From Candidatus Babeliales bacterium (GTDB taxonomy: Bacteria > Babelota > Babeliae > Babelales > Chromulinivoraceae), in the NCBI GenBank assembly GCA_041660205.1, contig JBAZWT010000003.1, positions 7,948 to 71,947 of the forward strand: DNA of 64,000 nt, given 5' to 3'. How positions within the stretch are numbered: position 1 is the stretch's first letter; each line of letters starts with the position of its first letter. This document shows, piece after piece, positions 1-9,158 of the stretch. A model generated the notes under the pieces. It was not told where the DNA came from. It searched no databases and saw only the letters and a list, made by a program, of their open reading frames with translations. Both the position numbers and the translations under genes were made by a program.

Positions 1-1242
1 AGACTGAATTAATGCATCACAACTTTTTTCAAAAATTCTAGCTTCTTCTGTTTGCTGTTTTGCTTTTAGACGTAACTTCGCTGGATTAGATAAACTTTCA
101 TCTATTTCTTCATTAGTTGGCGTATAGCTAAGATTTATTTTTTGTGCAATCTTATTTACTTTTGCTTGTACTTCTTTTAAAAACGCTTCTTTTTGTGGCA
201 ATGTTAATGTATTTAAATCTTTCTGAGCTTCTTTTTTAAACCATTCTTCTTTGCTTGTTAACAATCTTCTACTGTCTAAATCACCACCCTTAGCTTGCTT
301 AAGCACCGTATCAAAATACGCGTCTTCAGAACTGGTCAATTTTTTAAATGAACGAACAAGCCGATTCCATGTTGATTTAGAATATGATTTTTCAGCATCA
401 GCATATGCAGAACTAATAATGTCTGACATGTCAGGACGACTTTTTTCAGAATCTTTAGCAAACCGATCGATATTTTTTACAAATATTTCTTGTCGCTCGG
501 GTTTTAATTTTGCATATCGCGTATTGATATTGTTTATATCTTCATCTGTTAATTTTTCAGTAAACGCTAAGTCTAATTTTATAGCCGTATTTAATTTTGA
601 CTTTGGAGCTTGAGGCTTAGCAACTGGCTCAAAATCACTAGCGGACACAACGTCAAAAGAACTCAAAGTTTTTTCTGAGAGTAAAAATTTTCGAGCAGAT
701 TTAAGCCTTGTATCTATGATGTCAATCACAGATGGATTATTTTCTAACGTTTTAAAAGCTTTTAATTTTGCTTCGTATGCAGCATTAATAGTTGCTTCAG
801 ATGGATCACCTGACAAACCAAGTACATTTTTTGCTTTAAATAGTTTTGCTTCGCCCTTTGCTTGATCAAATTCAAACCATGCATCATTGATTGTTTTTTC
901 CATGTGACCACGTTGCGTTGTCGGCTCATTCGGTTGTACGCCTTCATCATCATCACCTTCATCACTGAAATCAAACGCTGGAGCACCTTTTTTTATTGCA
1001 GTTTGTACTGCAGCCTCTCTAGCCTTTGCAGCAGCTTCTCGTGCAATCGTTTCATACTGCTCTCTATTTTTTTGCGTTACGGCTTCTTGCTCGCGCTGTT
1101 TTTTCGCTGCAATTTCTTCTGGTATTTCTACTTTAGAACTATAATCAACGCCATCATCACCACTAAAATCAAAAGGCGCTTGCAAAGACGCTGAGGCCAA
1201 GAAACTGCACAAAAATAAAACTTTTAATACTTGCTTCTTCAT
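1..1242 (-). CDS. Exported hypothetical protein, first 414 codons (3' end runs off the window start)
   Basis: I checked this minus frame triplet by triplet from 1242 to 1 and found no stop. ATG at 1242. The N-terminus MKKQVLKVLFLCSFLASASLQA looks like a signal peptide. It is missing from the ORF track because it is open at the window edge. Lys/Glu/Ala-rich. Confidence 0.6.
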   Translation of the reverse strand, partial: MKKQVLKVLFLCSFLASASLQAPFDFSGDDGVDYSSKVEIPEEIAAKKQREQEAVTQKNREQYETIAREAAAKAREAAVQTAIKKGAPAFDFSDEGDDDEGVQPNEPTTQRGHMEKTINDAWFEFDQAKGEAKLFKAKNVLGLSGDPSEATINAAYEAKLKAFKTLENNPSVIDIIDTRLKSARKFLLSEKTLSSFDVVSASDFEPVAKPQAPKSKLNTAIKLDLAFTEKLTDEDINNINTRYAKLKPERQEIFVKNIDRFAKDSEKSRPDMSDIISSAYADAEKSYSKSTWNRLVRSFKKLTSSEDAYFDTVLKQAKGGDLDSRRLLTSKEEWFKKEAQKDLNTLTLPQKEAFLKEVQAKVNKIAQKINLSYTPTNEEIDESLSNPAKLRLKAKQQTEEARIFEKSCDALIQS

Positions 1243-1277
1243 TTTTCATCTCTCTTTTAAAGATTAAGTTTTAATAG

Positions 1278-2438
1278 TTACCAACTAGGGTCGAAATATT
1301 GATCTGATTCTGGTTCTGACGCTTGATCTTGTTCTTGTTTTTTTGGCTCTAAAGAACTCTTCAAACGATTACCAACTGTTTGAATGTTTTTTCTTTCTGC
1401 AGGAGTTTTAGCCTTTTTTAATCGTTCATCAGTAATATTTCCTACTTCCTGTTGTATTTTTATTGCAATTTCAGGTTCAGATTTTGCCACTACTTGAAAT
1501 TTTTCTTCTACTATTTTTGTTCTTAATGCTGCTTCATTTTTACTGCTATCAAATACTGGTGAAAGTACATTTGAAAGTGCTTTCTTTGACTCTTTTTGGT
1601 TGTCATTTTTACGAAAAAGTGAAACCACTTTATCTATCAAATCGTTAATTAATTTCTTAAACTGAGAAATCACGCCTTTTTTCTCACCAGATTTGCCAAC
1701 GTCATCAGGCTTAGCTTTTAATACTTCAAAAGAATCTTTCGTGATTTCATAAGATTTTTTTGACTTTAAACGATCAATTAAAATTTTTCGAGCTTCCACA
1801 ATTCTTTTTTCAAATTGCTCAATAACTAAATCTTCTTTTTCATATTTTCTAAACTCGTTCATTTTTGCAAAAGAAGATTTCATAATTTGTGTTTCTGTTA
1901 AATTTACGTCATCTGGTAAGCCTAATAATGTTTTTGCAAAAGATTCTTTTTTATCACCCTTTGCTTTAAAAAAATCATTACTTTCATCTACTAAACGATC
2001 ACTTATACTTTTTACAGAAACTTTATCTTCTACAGGTTCAACAGCCTTAACACCGGTAGAATAAAGTTGGTCCGCAGTTGGAGTTGGAGCTGGTTCATTT
2101 GTTTGCACAGGCGCATCATGCCCCTCAGGGAAAAGTGTTTTATCTGTTATTTGCTCTAGAGCTTGTCGAGCTTTTAATTGTTTTTCTTTTTCTAGAGCGT
2201 CTTGTCGAGCAGCTTCTTCTTCTTTTCTTTGTTTTAAATCAGCTTCTTGTTTTACTCTAGCAGCTTCTTGCTCACGATTTACACGTGCTGTATTTTGTTC
2301 TTTTTCTGTAGGTGACCCTCTTTGGGAAAAATCTCTCTTTACAAGCCCGCCTGACCGTTCACCACCCTCATATGCCTGCAAAGACACGGTCGCCAAAATA
2401 CCGCAAAGTAAAAGGATACTGCTTGTTTGTTTATTCAT
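1278..2438 (-). CDS. Exported hypothetical protein, charged and coiled-coil-like; shares a domain with the ORF at 1-1242
   Basis: 386-aa ORF. Signal-peptide-like N-terminus MNKQTSSILLLCGILATVSLQA. The segment FFKAKGDKKESFAKTLLGLPDD...ARKILI aligns by eye with FDQAKGEAKLFKAKNVLGLSGD...ARKFLL in the neighbouring ORF. Confidence 0.6.
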   Translation of the reverse strand: MNKQTSSILLLCGILATVSLQAYEGGERSGGLVKRDFSQRGSPTEKEQNTARVNREQEAARVKQEADLKQRKEEEAARQDALEKEKQLKARQALEQITDKTLFPEGHDAPVQTNEPAPTPTADQLYSTGVKAVEPVEDKVSVKSISDRLVDESNDFFKAKGDKKESFAKTLLGLPDDVNLTETQIMKSSFAKMNEFRKYEKEDLVIEQFEKRIVEARKILIDRLKSKKSYEITKDSFEVLKAKPDDVGKSGEKKGVISQFKKLINDLIDKVVSLFRKNDNQKESKKALSNVLSPVFDSSKNEAALRTKIVEEKFQVVAKSEPEIAIKIQQEVGNITDERLKKAKTPAERKNIQTVGNRLKSSLEPKKQEQDQASEPESDQYFDPSW

Positions 2439-2489
2439 TTTTTTCTCTTTCAGAATTATGTGCCAACATCTATTTTTCTTATTTTTATC

Positions 2490-2996
2490 TTATTTTAAAG
2501 GACGCACTAAACCCAAACTAACCAAATACTTCATCACCTTTTCAGCATCTGCTTTTGATTTTTCTGCTGCGGTAGGAGAAGTTGACGATGATGTTGAAGA
2601 TTTGCCAGATTTATCTTGTTTATTTGATTCTTGAATCTCATGTAAAAACTTCACAGGGCGCTGCTCATACGGATCAAAGTGATAGGACAATGAAGTTGCT
2701 GAAGAATATAAAACATGATTAATGTAAGATTGTGCTTGCAGCAATAATTTATTGTATGAAAAGGTGCTACCCTTTTCTGTAGAAAGTAGCCGTGTAACGT
2801 AATCTAAAATTCCGGAAAGATCGGTATACAAATGTCGCGTGCAAGCAACATTAGGATTGCAAATATCAGCTCCAGACATGTACAAACAACATGACCTATC
2901 TGCGCCGCTTCGATACTCCCATAAATAAGCCCCTGCCTGCAAATGATGAGCTACAACTCCAAAAACAAAAATAATCATGAATTTGATAAGCTTCAT
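2490..2996 (-). CDS. Exported hypothetical protein
   Basis: I moved the ORF start to ATG 2996 (MKLIKFMIIFVFGVVAHHLQA), which has an AGGGG Shine-Dalgarno about 7 nt upstream. Several Cys residues and a Ser/Thr-rich C-terminus. No family recognised. Confidence 0.5.
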   Translation of the reverse strand: MKLIKFMIIFVFGVVAHHLQAGAYLWEYRSGADRSCCLYMSGADICNPNVACTRHLYTDLSGILDYVTRLLSTEKGSTFSYNKLLLQAQSYINHVLYSSATSLSYHFDPYEQRPVKFLHEIQESNKQDKSGKSSTSSSTSPTAAEKSKADAEKVMKYLVSLGLVRPLK

Positions 2997-3101
2997 ACAC
3001 ATGCCCCTACGCAAGAATATAAAATATTTGGTCTCCAACGTTATCAGAATGTATCAAACTGATTTATCTAAAAGCAATAAATCAAACCCTGACGAGCTAT
3101 T

Positions 3102-3659
3102 TTACTCTTTCGGCTCTGATAAACTCAAGGAGTATGAACCTTTTGTACCTTGAATGGTTAAATCAAGCGTAATCATTGGCTCGTTTGGCTCAGTATCATG
3201 TGGATAGAAAGCTTTTGCGATAGGAGTTGCATCGATTCTATCAGAGAAAAGATTCATCCAAACACGTGCACAATAAGAACCATCGGTTACCTTACATCCA
3301 GAATTATAAGACATTGTTGTAATTGCCTGAGTTTTTGCTCTTTTCGACTCTAAAGCATAAGTCGAATGACCTTCAAAGAAAATGTCATATTTTTGTGTGC
3401 CACCTATAGCCAAAATCGATATAGTCCCCAATTTTTGAGAAATATGATAATTTATAGCAACAATCCTTTGATGTGGCAACGCATCATTTAAAGCTTTTGT
3501 AACTACATAAATAGGATTTTTCTTTTGCTTGCTTTTATGCCTTCTAGCTGAATCGAACTTAAGATCTGAATCATTATAAATTTTGCCAAGCTTCCAATCC
3601 GAAAAAACCGTTTGCTCACTACTCAAAAGCAAACTCATCATCAACAACATACGCTTCAT
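3102..3659 (-). CDS. Exported hypothetical protein
   Basis: 185-aa ORF with signal-like N-terminus MKRMLLMMSLLLSSEQ. No family recognised. Confidence 0.5.
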   Translation of the reverse strand: MKRMLLMMSLLLSSEQTVFSDWKLGKIYNDSDLKFDSARRHKSKQKKNPIYVVTKALNDALPHQRIVAINYHISQKLGTISILAIGGTQKYDIFFEGHSTYALESKRAKTQAITTMSYNSGCKVTDGSYCARVWMNLFSDRIDATPIAKAFYPHDTEPNEPMITLDLTIQGTKGSYSLSLSEPKE

Positions 3660-3688
3660 ATCTAATCCTTTTTTTTAGATTGCATCAC

Positions 3689-5242
3689 TTATTTTTCTGA
3701 AAAACCGATCGCCTGAAAAACCTCAAATGTCGTTTTTGTATCTTTCCATACATTTTTATCTAACTCTGCTTTTTCACTCAGTGATGATAAAGTTTGCTCC
3801 AAATTCCAACCCTGCTCTGTTGCAACATTTGGCAAATAAACAGCCTGTGCGTTTTCATATTTTAAAATAATGCCATCAGTACCCAGCACAATATCATGAT
3901 ACGAGCTGACTTGGTAAGGCTGCGTTAAAACAGAAACTGCAATCGAAATATGTGGAATTTCACTTAGCTTCACGGGAGAAAATCGCGTGTCACGCAATAC
4001 TGCTGACTCAGTCATGCTTGCAACCACGTCGTACAGTGGTTGTGATGAAGTGATAGATCCAATGCAACCACGCAATTTTTTATGGTCTAAAATAGACTCT
4101 TGTTTATACAATGTTACAAACGCACCCTGTGCTTTTTTTAAAGACTTGGTCAGCATGCCTGGGATTTCTAAGGAAGAGTTGGGGGATGAGCTAACAGCAT
4201 TTAAAAGTTGTTGACGGGCCAGCTTCAATAAAAGATTTTTTTCATAACCCGTTAACTGCTCTTGCAATGGTAAATCTGATGGCAGCTGCGTGGTAAAAAC
4301 TATCGATACGTAACTCACGCTATGGGCAGGATTTTTTTGACCTGATGCGGACGTGTCGTAACCAACCACGTATGACGAAATGTCTCCAAAAGCTTTTTGC
4401 TGTAAAAGATTGAGTAAAATTTTAATGGCAGACGCTCCACACACAGTTGCCTGCGTTTTTTGCAGTAACTGTGAAAACCCAGAAAGATCAAAATCTTGAA
4501 TTTTTTCTACTAATGAACTATCGAGCTTAAAAATATTTTGAGTTATATCTTTTTTAAACGGTTCATACCTAAATTGTTTTCCATAGTGAGTAAAGTCTGA
4601 GCTTATGACCAGCAACGTTTTTTCATCTAAAAATGGCTGCAAAATATCAGCAATGCTTTTTATATCATCATCCGAAACAGAACCAATCAAAAGTGGCACG
4701 ATTTTACAGTCACCGCAGTATGTTGCAGTAAATGGAATTTGAACTTCGATAGAATGTTCCAGTTCATGCGCCTGCTGACGATGGGCAAACAAAGGTGAAC
4801 TCTTTTTTAATTTTTTAATCATATCCACATCAAGAGGCACGAAGCCCAAGGGATTTTTATAAAAATCATACTCAGCGCCAGGCAGGCTAACTCCTGAAAA
4901 ATCATTTTGATGAGACGGAGCAAGGATCACAACGCGCTTAAAAATTCCAGGCTTTAACAATTGATATGCACTGCTTGCCACAGCTCCCGAATAATCGTAA
5001 CCAGCATGAGGACAAATAATTGCCCGAATAGATGAAGGCTTTAATGTCATTGGATATTTTTTTTGAGCAATCGTTTGTAGACCTTGAATCTTTACACTCA
5101 GCAATTTTCCTTTGACAGGGTACCATGCGTCACTTAAATGATTTTTATACGTTTCTGCAAAAAGTATGCCTGAAAAAAATGTCGCAAGAATGAAAGCTGC
5201 CAAGAGAGTGTGAAGCTTTTTTTTCAACAAATAATTCATCAA
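3689..5242 (-). CDS. Memo-like (AmmeMemoRadiSam system protein B) fused to an AMMECR1 domain, with a hydrophobic N-terminus
   Basis: Memo hallmarks CPHAGYDYSG, EHSIEVQIPF and SSDFTHYG in the N-terminal two thirds. AMMECR1 hallmarks GAFVTLYK and LRGCIGS in the C-terminal part. N-terminus LLAAFILATFFSGILFA. Confidence 0.8.
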   Translation of the reverse strand: MMNYLLKKKLHTLLAAFILATFFSGILFAETYKNHLSDAWYPVKGKLLSVKIQGLQTIAQKKYPMTLKPSSIRAIICPHAGYDYSGAVASSAYQLLKPGIFKRVVILAPSHQNDFSGVSLPGAEYDFYKNPLGFVPLDVDMIKKLKKSSPLFAHRQQAHELEHSIEVQIPFTATYCGDCKIVPLLIGSVSDDDIKSIADILQPFLDEKTLLVISSDFTHYGKQFRYEPFKKDITQNIFKLDSSLVEKIQDFDLSGFSQLLQKTQATVCGASAIKILLNLLQQKAFGDISSYVVGYDTSASGQKNPAHSVSYVSIVFTTQLPSDLPLQEQLTGYEKNLLLKLARQQLLNAVSSSPNSSLEIPGMLTKSLKKAQGAFVTLYKQESILDHKKLRGCIGSITSSQPLYDVVASMTESAVLRDTRFSPVKLSEIPHISIAVSVLTQPYQVSSYHDIVLGTDGIILKYENAQAVYLPNVATEQGWNLEQTLSSLSEKAELDKNVWKDTKTTFEVFQAIGFSEK

Positions 5243-5267
5243 CTTATGTCCTCAAAAAATATCATTT

Positions 5268-5362
5268 CAGGTGCCTCGGCGTAGTCTAGGCGTAGCTGAA
5301 AGCGACTGCGTCCGCCATAGCCAGCGGCGACGGCCGGAAGCCTGACGAAGCCGGGTCTCCTA
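5268..5362. repeat. GC-rich intergenic island built from short direct repeats (GGCGTAG x2, GAAGCC x2)
   Basis: About 95 nt of clearly elevated GC between divergent genes in an AT-rich context. It shares the GGCTTCGTC-type motif (as its reverse complement) with the elements at 40737-40769 and 55720-55750. Confidence 0.5.
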
Positions 5363-5481
5363 TCAAAACATAAATTTAAGCTCTTTTGCAAGAACAAGCG
5401 TAATAAAAATATTAAAACTCTTTACCCACCAGATAAAAAATTGATACATTGCTTAAGATCATTTAAAAAAAGGATAAAAAT

Positions 5482-6546
5482 ATGAAAAAAATATTAGTTA
5501 TTGTAAGCGTTATGTACTTTATTCTGTTCAATTATGGAATCAATGAAGGATCTCAAACAGGTCAAGCAGCACATATGTGGCGAGGCAAAACCACAAGAAC
5601 CTCAGGCCAAACAGGCCAACAAAGCCCTGCAGCAGTATCCTGTCCCCCATGCGCACAAAGCGATGAAACAACAGCAACTGCTATGCCAGCAATAACCGTT
5701 GTGCTGCAAGATATAAATGGAAATCCTTTAAACTCAACGTCGTACACGTTTGCAAATACTAGTTTTAGCTACAACAATGCACTGCTCACTGTTCACATTT
5801 TTCCACCATCAAATGGAGTAGGCAGTACCTCAGACTCTACTTACTACGTCGTCTATACACTCAAATCTTTAGATGGAATTACTCTACAAAAACAAATTCT
5901 ACCAACTCTCGCTTTTAACACCTTTCCAGGCTCTGTTGTAGTTTCTTCTTCAGAGAGCACCCCGGTTACCTCAACATTCTTACCAAAAAATGCGCCGCAG
6001 CAACTTTTTAATGCTATCTGCCCTCAATCTCAAAAGTTTTTAATTACACAAAATTCTGGAACTGTAACAGCAGTAACGAGTCTTTCAGGAGTATTTGAAA
6101 CGAGCAATGATACAATAACAATAGCTTCTGCCTCAGCAACAATAGGTGGTGGAACGCAACCAATCACTGTGCAAATTAACAGCCAACCATCAATCACATT
6201 TCCAGTATCATCATTTAATTCAGCTGATCTTAAAAAAGGTTTATCATTAACGGTAAATATTTTTCCACCATCAACAAGTAATAGTTCTGGTTCCTACTTC
6301 ATAGTTGCAACTCTTAAGACTCTTGATGGCCTTAAGCTACAAAAACAAGTTCTACCAAGCGCTTCTATAGCATTTACACACCTGCCATCATCGATTACTA
6401 TTTCATATGGAACTACTACCCTTACATCAAGTTTTTTTAGCACAGGCATAAGCAGCACAGCGCAAACAGCAACTCCTGCATTTAATTTGGTAAGCCCGAT
6501 TAGCCTTAAGTATTTACTGCAGACTTCAGCTATTTCAATGCTGTAG
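5482..6546 (+). CDS. Exported Ser/Thr-rich protein with an internal two-fold domain duplication
   Basis: Signal-like N-terminus. Repeat 1 is LTVHIFPPSNGVGSTSDSTYYVVYTLKSLDGITLQKQILPT and repeat 2 is LTVNIFPPSTSNSSGSYFIVATLKTLDGLKLQKQVLPS. Confidence 0.6.
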   Translation: MKKILVIVSVMYFILFNYGINEGSQTGQAAHMWRGKTTRTSGQTGQQSPAAVSCPPCAQSDETTATAMPAITVVLQDINGNPLNSTSYTFANTSFSYNNALLTVHIFPPSNGVGSTSDSTYYVVYTLKSLDGITLQKQILPTLAFNTFPGSVVVSSSESTPVTSTFLPKNAPQQLFNAICPQSQKFLITQNSGTVTAVTSLSGVFETSNDTITIASASATIGGGTQPITVQINSQPSITFPVSSFNSADLKKGLSLTVNIFPPSTSNSSGSYFIVATLKTLDGLKLQKQVLPSASIAFTHLPSSITISYGTTTLTSSFFSTGISSTAQTATPAFNLVSPISLKYLLQTSAISML

Positions 6547-6679
6547 GGGATTAATACCTATCTCTTTTAAATTAGTAAATACCACCAAACCATGGGCTGG
6601 TGATTTAATCATAAATGTAGTAAACTAAACGAGAATAAAAATATCGTTTCACTCAATTTCGCTTAAAAAAATTAAAATT

Positions 6680-7783
6680 ATGAATATAAAAGTTGGTCTT
6701 GTCGGTTTGCCCAATGTTGGAAAATCAACGTTATTTAATGCGCTCACAAACTCATCAGTCCCTGCAGAAAATTATCCTTTCTGTACCATTGATCCTCACG
6801 TTGCAATCACTCACGTGCCTGATAAACGCATGGATAAATTGCAAGAAGTGTTCAACTCAAAAAAACAAATTCCCGCAAGTATCTCATTTGTCGACATCGC
6901 AGGACTTGTAAAAGGTGCTGCAGAAGGACAAGGACTTGGTAACCAATTTTTAAGCAATATCCGTGAAGTAAATTTAATTTTACACGTGCTGCGTTGCTTT
7001 GAAGATCTACGAATCATTCGCGACCAAGGTCCCATCAATCCGGTTGACGATTATGAAACAATTTTAAATGAACTCATGCTTAAAGATTTAGAAAGCATAG
7101 AAAAACGACTTGAAAAAATTCCATCTTTGCTCAAACATCAAGGCACTCCTCCTCAAGAAAAAAAAGATCTTATTGAAGAGCAAGAACTTTTAAAACAAAT
7201 TACAGCCGCAATCGATCAGCTCGATGCGCCAAAAATACGATCTTTGGTACTAAATTCAAAAATTGAAACAGTGCCACTGCTGAGTGCTAAAAACTTTATG
7301 ATCGTTGCAAACGTTTCTGAAAACGATGTAGAATTTCCTGAAAAAAATGATCACGTACAAAAATTATTCGCTACGTTCGGAAAAGATCGCGTTGTTCCGG
7401 TATGCATCAAAATCGAATCAGAACTTTCAGCACTTGAAGGCGATGAGCGAAAAGAAATGATGGATATGCTTGGCATGAAAACCCCAACGCTTGACACCGT
7501 CATTGAAAAAAGTTTTGAAAATCTCGGACTGATTACATTTTTCACCTGTGGGCCACAAGAAATTCATTCATGGCCTATTTTAAAAGGCACCAACATTCGT
7601 GCTGCGGCTGGAGAAATTCACTCCGACTTGCAACGCGGATTTATCTGTGCAGAAGTCTTTAACTATCAAGACATTGTAAACACACCTCTTTCAAAGCTTA
7701 AAGAAGTTGGTAAAGTTCGCACAGAAGGAAAAGAGTACACTGTCCAAAATGGTGACGTTATCGTGGTGAAATTTAACGTTTAA
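6680..7783 (+). CDS. ychF: Ribosome-binding ATPase YchF (Obg-like GTPase family)
   Basis: P-loop GLVGLPNVGKSTLFNALT, then DIAGLVKGAAEGQGLGNQFL. C-terminal TGS-like EYTVQNGDVIVVKFNV. 367 aa is a typical length. Confidence 0.9.
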   Translation: MNIKVGLVGLPNVGKSTLFNALTNSSVPAENYPFCTIDPHVAITHVPDKRMDKLQEVFNSKKQIPASISFVDIAGLVKGAAEGQGLGNQFLSNIREVNLILHVLRCFEDLRIIRDQGPINPVDDYETILNELMLKDLESIEKRLEKIPSLLKHQGTPPQEKKDLIEEQELLKQITAAIDQLDAPKIRSLVLNSKIETVPLLSAKNFMIVANVSENDVEFPEKNDHVQKLFATFGKDRVVPVCIKIESELSALEGDERKEMMDMLGMKTPTLDTVIEKSFENLGLITFFTCGPQEIHSWPILKGTNIRAAAGEIHSDLQRGFICAEVFNYQDIVNTPLSKLKEVGKVRTEGKEYTVQNGDVIVVKFNV

Positions 7784-7806
7784 GAAAAAAAGAAAGATTA
7801 ATAATT

Positions 7807-8328
7807 ATGATCGTTATGATACAAAAAATGGTGGATAAACTTCCACCTTTTATCATTCCCCTTATCTCAAAGCTCTGCATCGTTTTGGCAGTTTTTATTG
7901 CAACTCGCATGCTTATCAGAAAAGTCAGTCCTTTAGTTCAGGATCTTTGTAGAAAAAACGAAGTTGATTCTCATTCATGCTACATTTTAAATAAAATAGT
8001 TCGATATATTTTCACTATTCTAGGTGTCACTATCGCCCTTCAAAATATCGGCTTTGAAGTATACGCCGTTTTTATGACAGCGTTTGGTATTACCGGTATC
8101 GTTTTAAGCTATGGCATGAAAGATATCGTAGCAAATTTGATTGCGGGCGTTTTGATTCTGGGTTATAAACATGTCAAAATAAATGACTACATAAAAGTAG
8201 CAGGATTTCAAGGTAAGGTAATCGACATTAATTTGCGTTACACAACGCTGCAAGACGAAGGTCAAACGGTCTTGGTTCCTAACATTGTTTTATATACAAC
8301 GACTGTCGGAATTATACTTAACAAATAA
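7807..8328 (+). CDS. Small-conductance mechanosensitive channel family protein (short MscS-like)
   Basis: TM helices followed by an MscS-type pore/beta-domain sequence: DIVANLIAGVLILGYKHVKINDYIKVAGFQGKVIDINLRYTTLQDEGQTVLVPN. At 173 aa it is shorter than canonical MscS. Confidence 0.65.
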   Translation: MIVMIQKMVDKLPPFIIPLISKLCIVLAVFIATRMLIRKVSPLVQDLCRKNEVDSHSCYILNKIVRYIFTILGVTIALQNIGFEVYAVFMTAFGITGIVLSYGMKDIVANLIAGVLILGYKHVKINDYIKVAGFQGKVIDINLRYTTLQDEGQTVLVPNIVLYTTTVGIILNK

Positions 8329-8334
8329 GAATCT

Positions 8335-8997
8335 TCAACTAGCTGACACCAAGGTCAACAATTCTTTCAGCATAGTCGTATCATCACACTCCGCGATGGC
8401 AGACTGCACAGAGCTTTTAAAACAAGCTTCAAGACGGTCTGGCCATTGCTCTGTTTTTTTAAGCAACTGCGCAAGGCCCTCAATATCATGCTCTTTAACC
8501 ATATCTTTAAAGTCACCGTCAGCTTCATCTAAACATTTTTTCATTTCCGCCAACTGATACGGCGACTGAATAGTTTTTTCGGAAAATTTTAAATATGGTT
8601 TAAGACTTTCATGGTTCAATTTATCAAACATTTGCTGCGCTGCAAAAACAGTATTTTTAACCGATTTTTCAATTATTGCACGATTGCAGTCATCAACAAA
8701 TGCGATACGAGACTGCTGAGCTTTAATTCGCGACTGCCGTTCTTTACGCAAATCTAACACGTAGGCCGCGTCTAAAGATTTATAAAAATCGTCTTGCTGC
8801 ACAGGAACTCGATCAATGCAAAATTCATGAATAACCACCCCTTTATCTGACGCTACCGTGTGAGAAAATTCTTTACCGTCTATGAGTTCAACATCGGTTG
8901 AGACAAGTTTATGGGACACGTAGCGAACCGCTTGAACAGGAATGATTACTGATAGCAGTGAAAAAAATAAAGACACTTTTAAAAAATGTGTGTTCAC
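8335..8997 (-). CDS. Exported hypothetical protein
   Basis: 220-aa ORF with signal-like N-terminus LKVSLFFSLLSVIIPVQA. No family recognised. Confidence 0.5.
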   Translation of the reverse strand: MNTHFLKVSLFFSLLSVIIPVQAVRYVSHKLVSTDVELIDGKEFSHTVASDKGVVIHEFCIDRVPVQQDDFYKSLDAAYVLDLRKERQSRIKAQQSRIAFVDDCNRAIIEKSVKNTVFAAQQMFDKLNHESLKPYLKFSEKTIQSPYQLAEMKKCLDEADGDFKDMVKEHDIEGLAQLLKKTEQWPDRLEACFKSSVQSAIAECDDTTMLKELLTLVSAS

Positions 8998-9106
8998 AAA
9001 ATTCCTTTCAGATCAAATTTTGAAAAAAATTACTTTAAGCACGAATTACTCTAGCAAAAACTACTAAAAATGGTAAGACTTCAACCATAGATTAACCCTG
9101 AAAGTG

Positions 9107-9115
9107 TGTTATAAT
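9107..9115 (+). promoter_or_regulatory. Candidate extended -10 promoter (TGtTATAAT) for the MerR/HspR-like gene
   Basis: tgtTATAAT lies about 45 nt upstream of the ATG at 9159. An inverted repeat TTACC-N2-GGTAA at 9135-9146 lies between it and the start codon. No good -35 box. Confidence 0.3.
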
Positions 9116-9158
9116 AAAACAGTAATGGACTAGTTACCTTGGTAAGCGGAATAAAAAT

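Noticed and set aside
251-1194. Plus-strand ORFs 251-613 and 862-1194, and minus ORF 762-986
   Set aside because: They lie inside and out of frame with the long minus-strand ORF 1-1242, which I verified is open across the whole interval. Their translations are low-complexity, Leu/Phe/Ser-rich antisense shadows.
5268-5362. GC-rich island considered as an SRP (4.5S) RNA or another small structured RNA gene
   Set aside because: A GGAA tetraloop-like string is present (GGCCGGAAGCC). However the conserved SRP helix-8 flanks (…AGGUCC GGAA GGAAGCAGCC…) are absent on both strands. The sequence is built from direct repeats and not from a long helix. I kept it as a repeat and recommend an Infernal run.
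9000-9158. Canonical HAIR operator (CTTGAGT-N7-ACTCAAG) upstream of the HspR-like gene
   Set aside because: I did not find it by eye on either strand. Only short unrelated inverted repeats are present.
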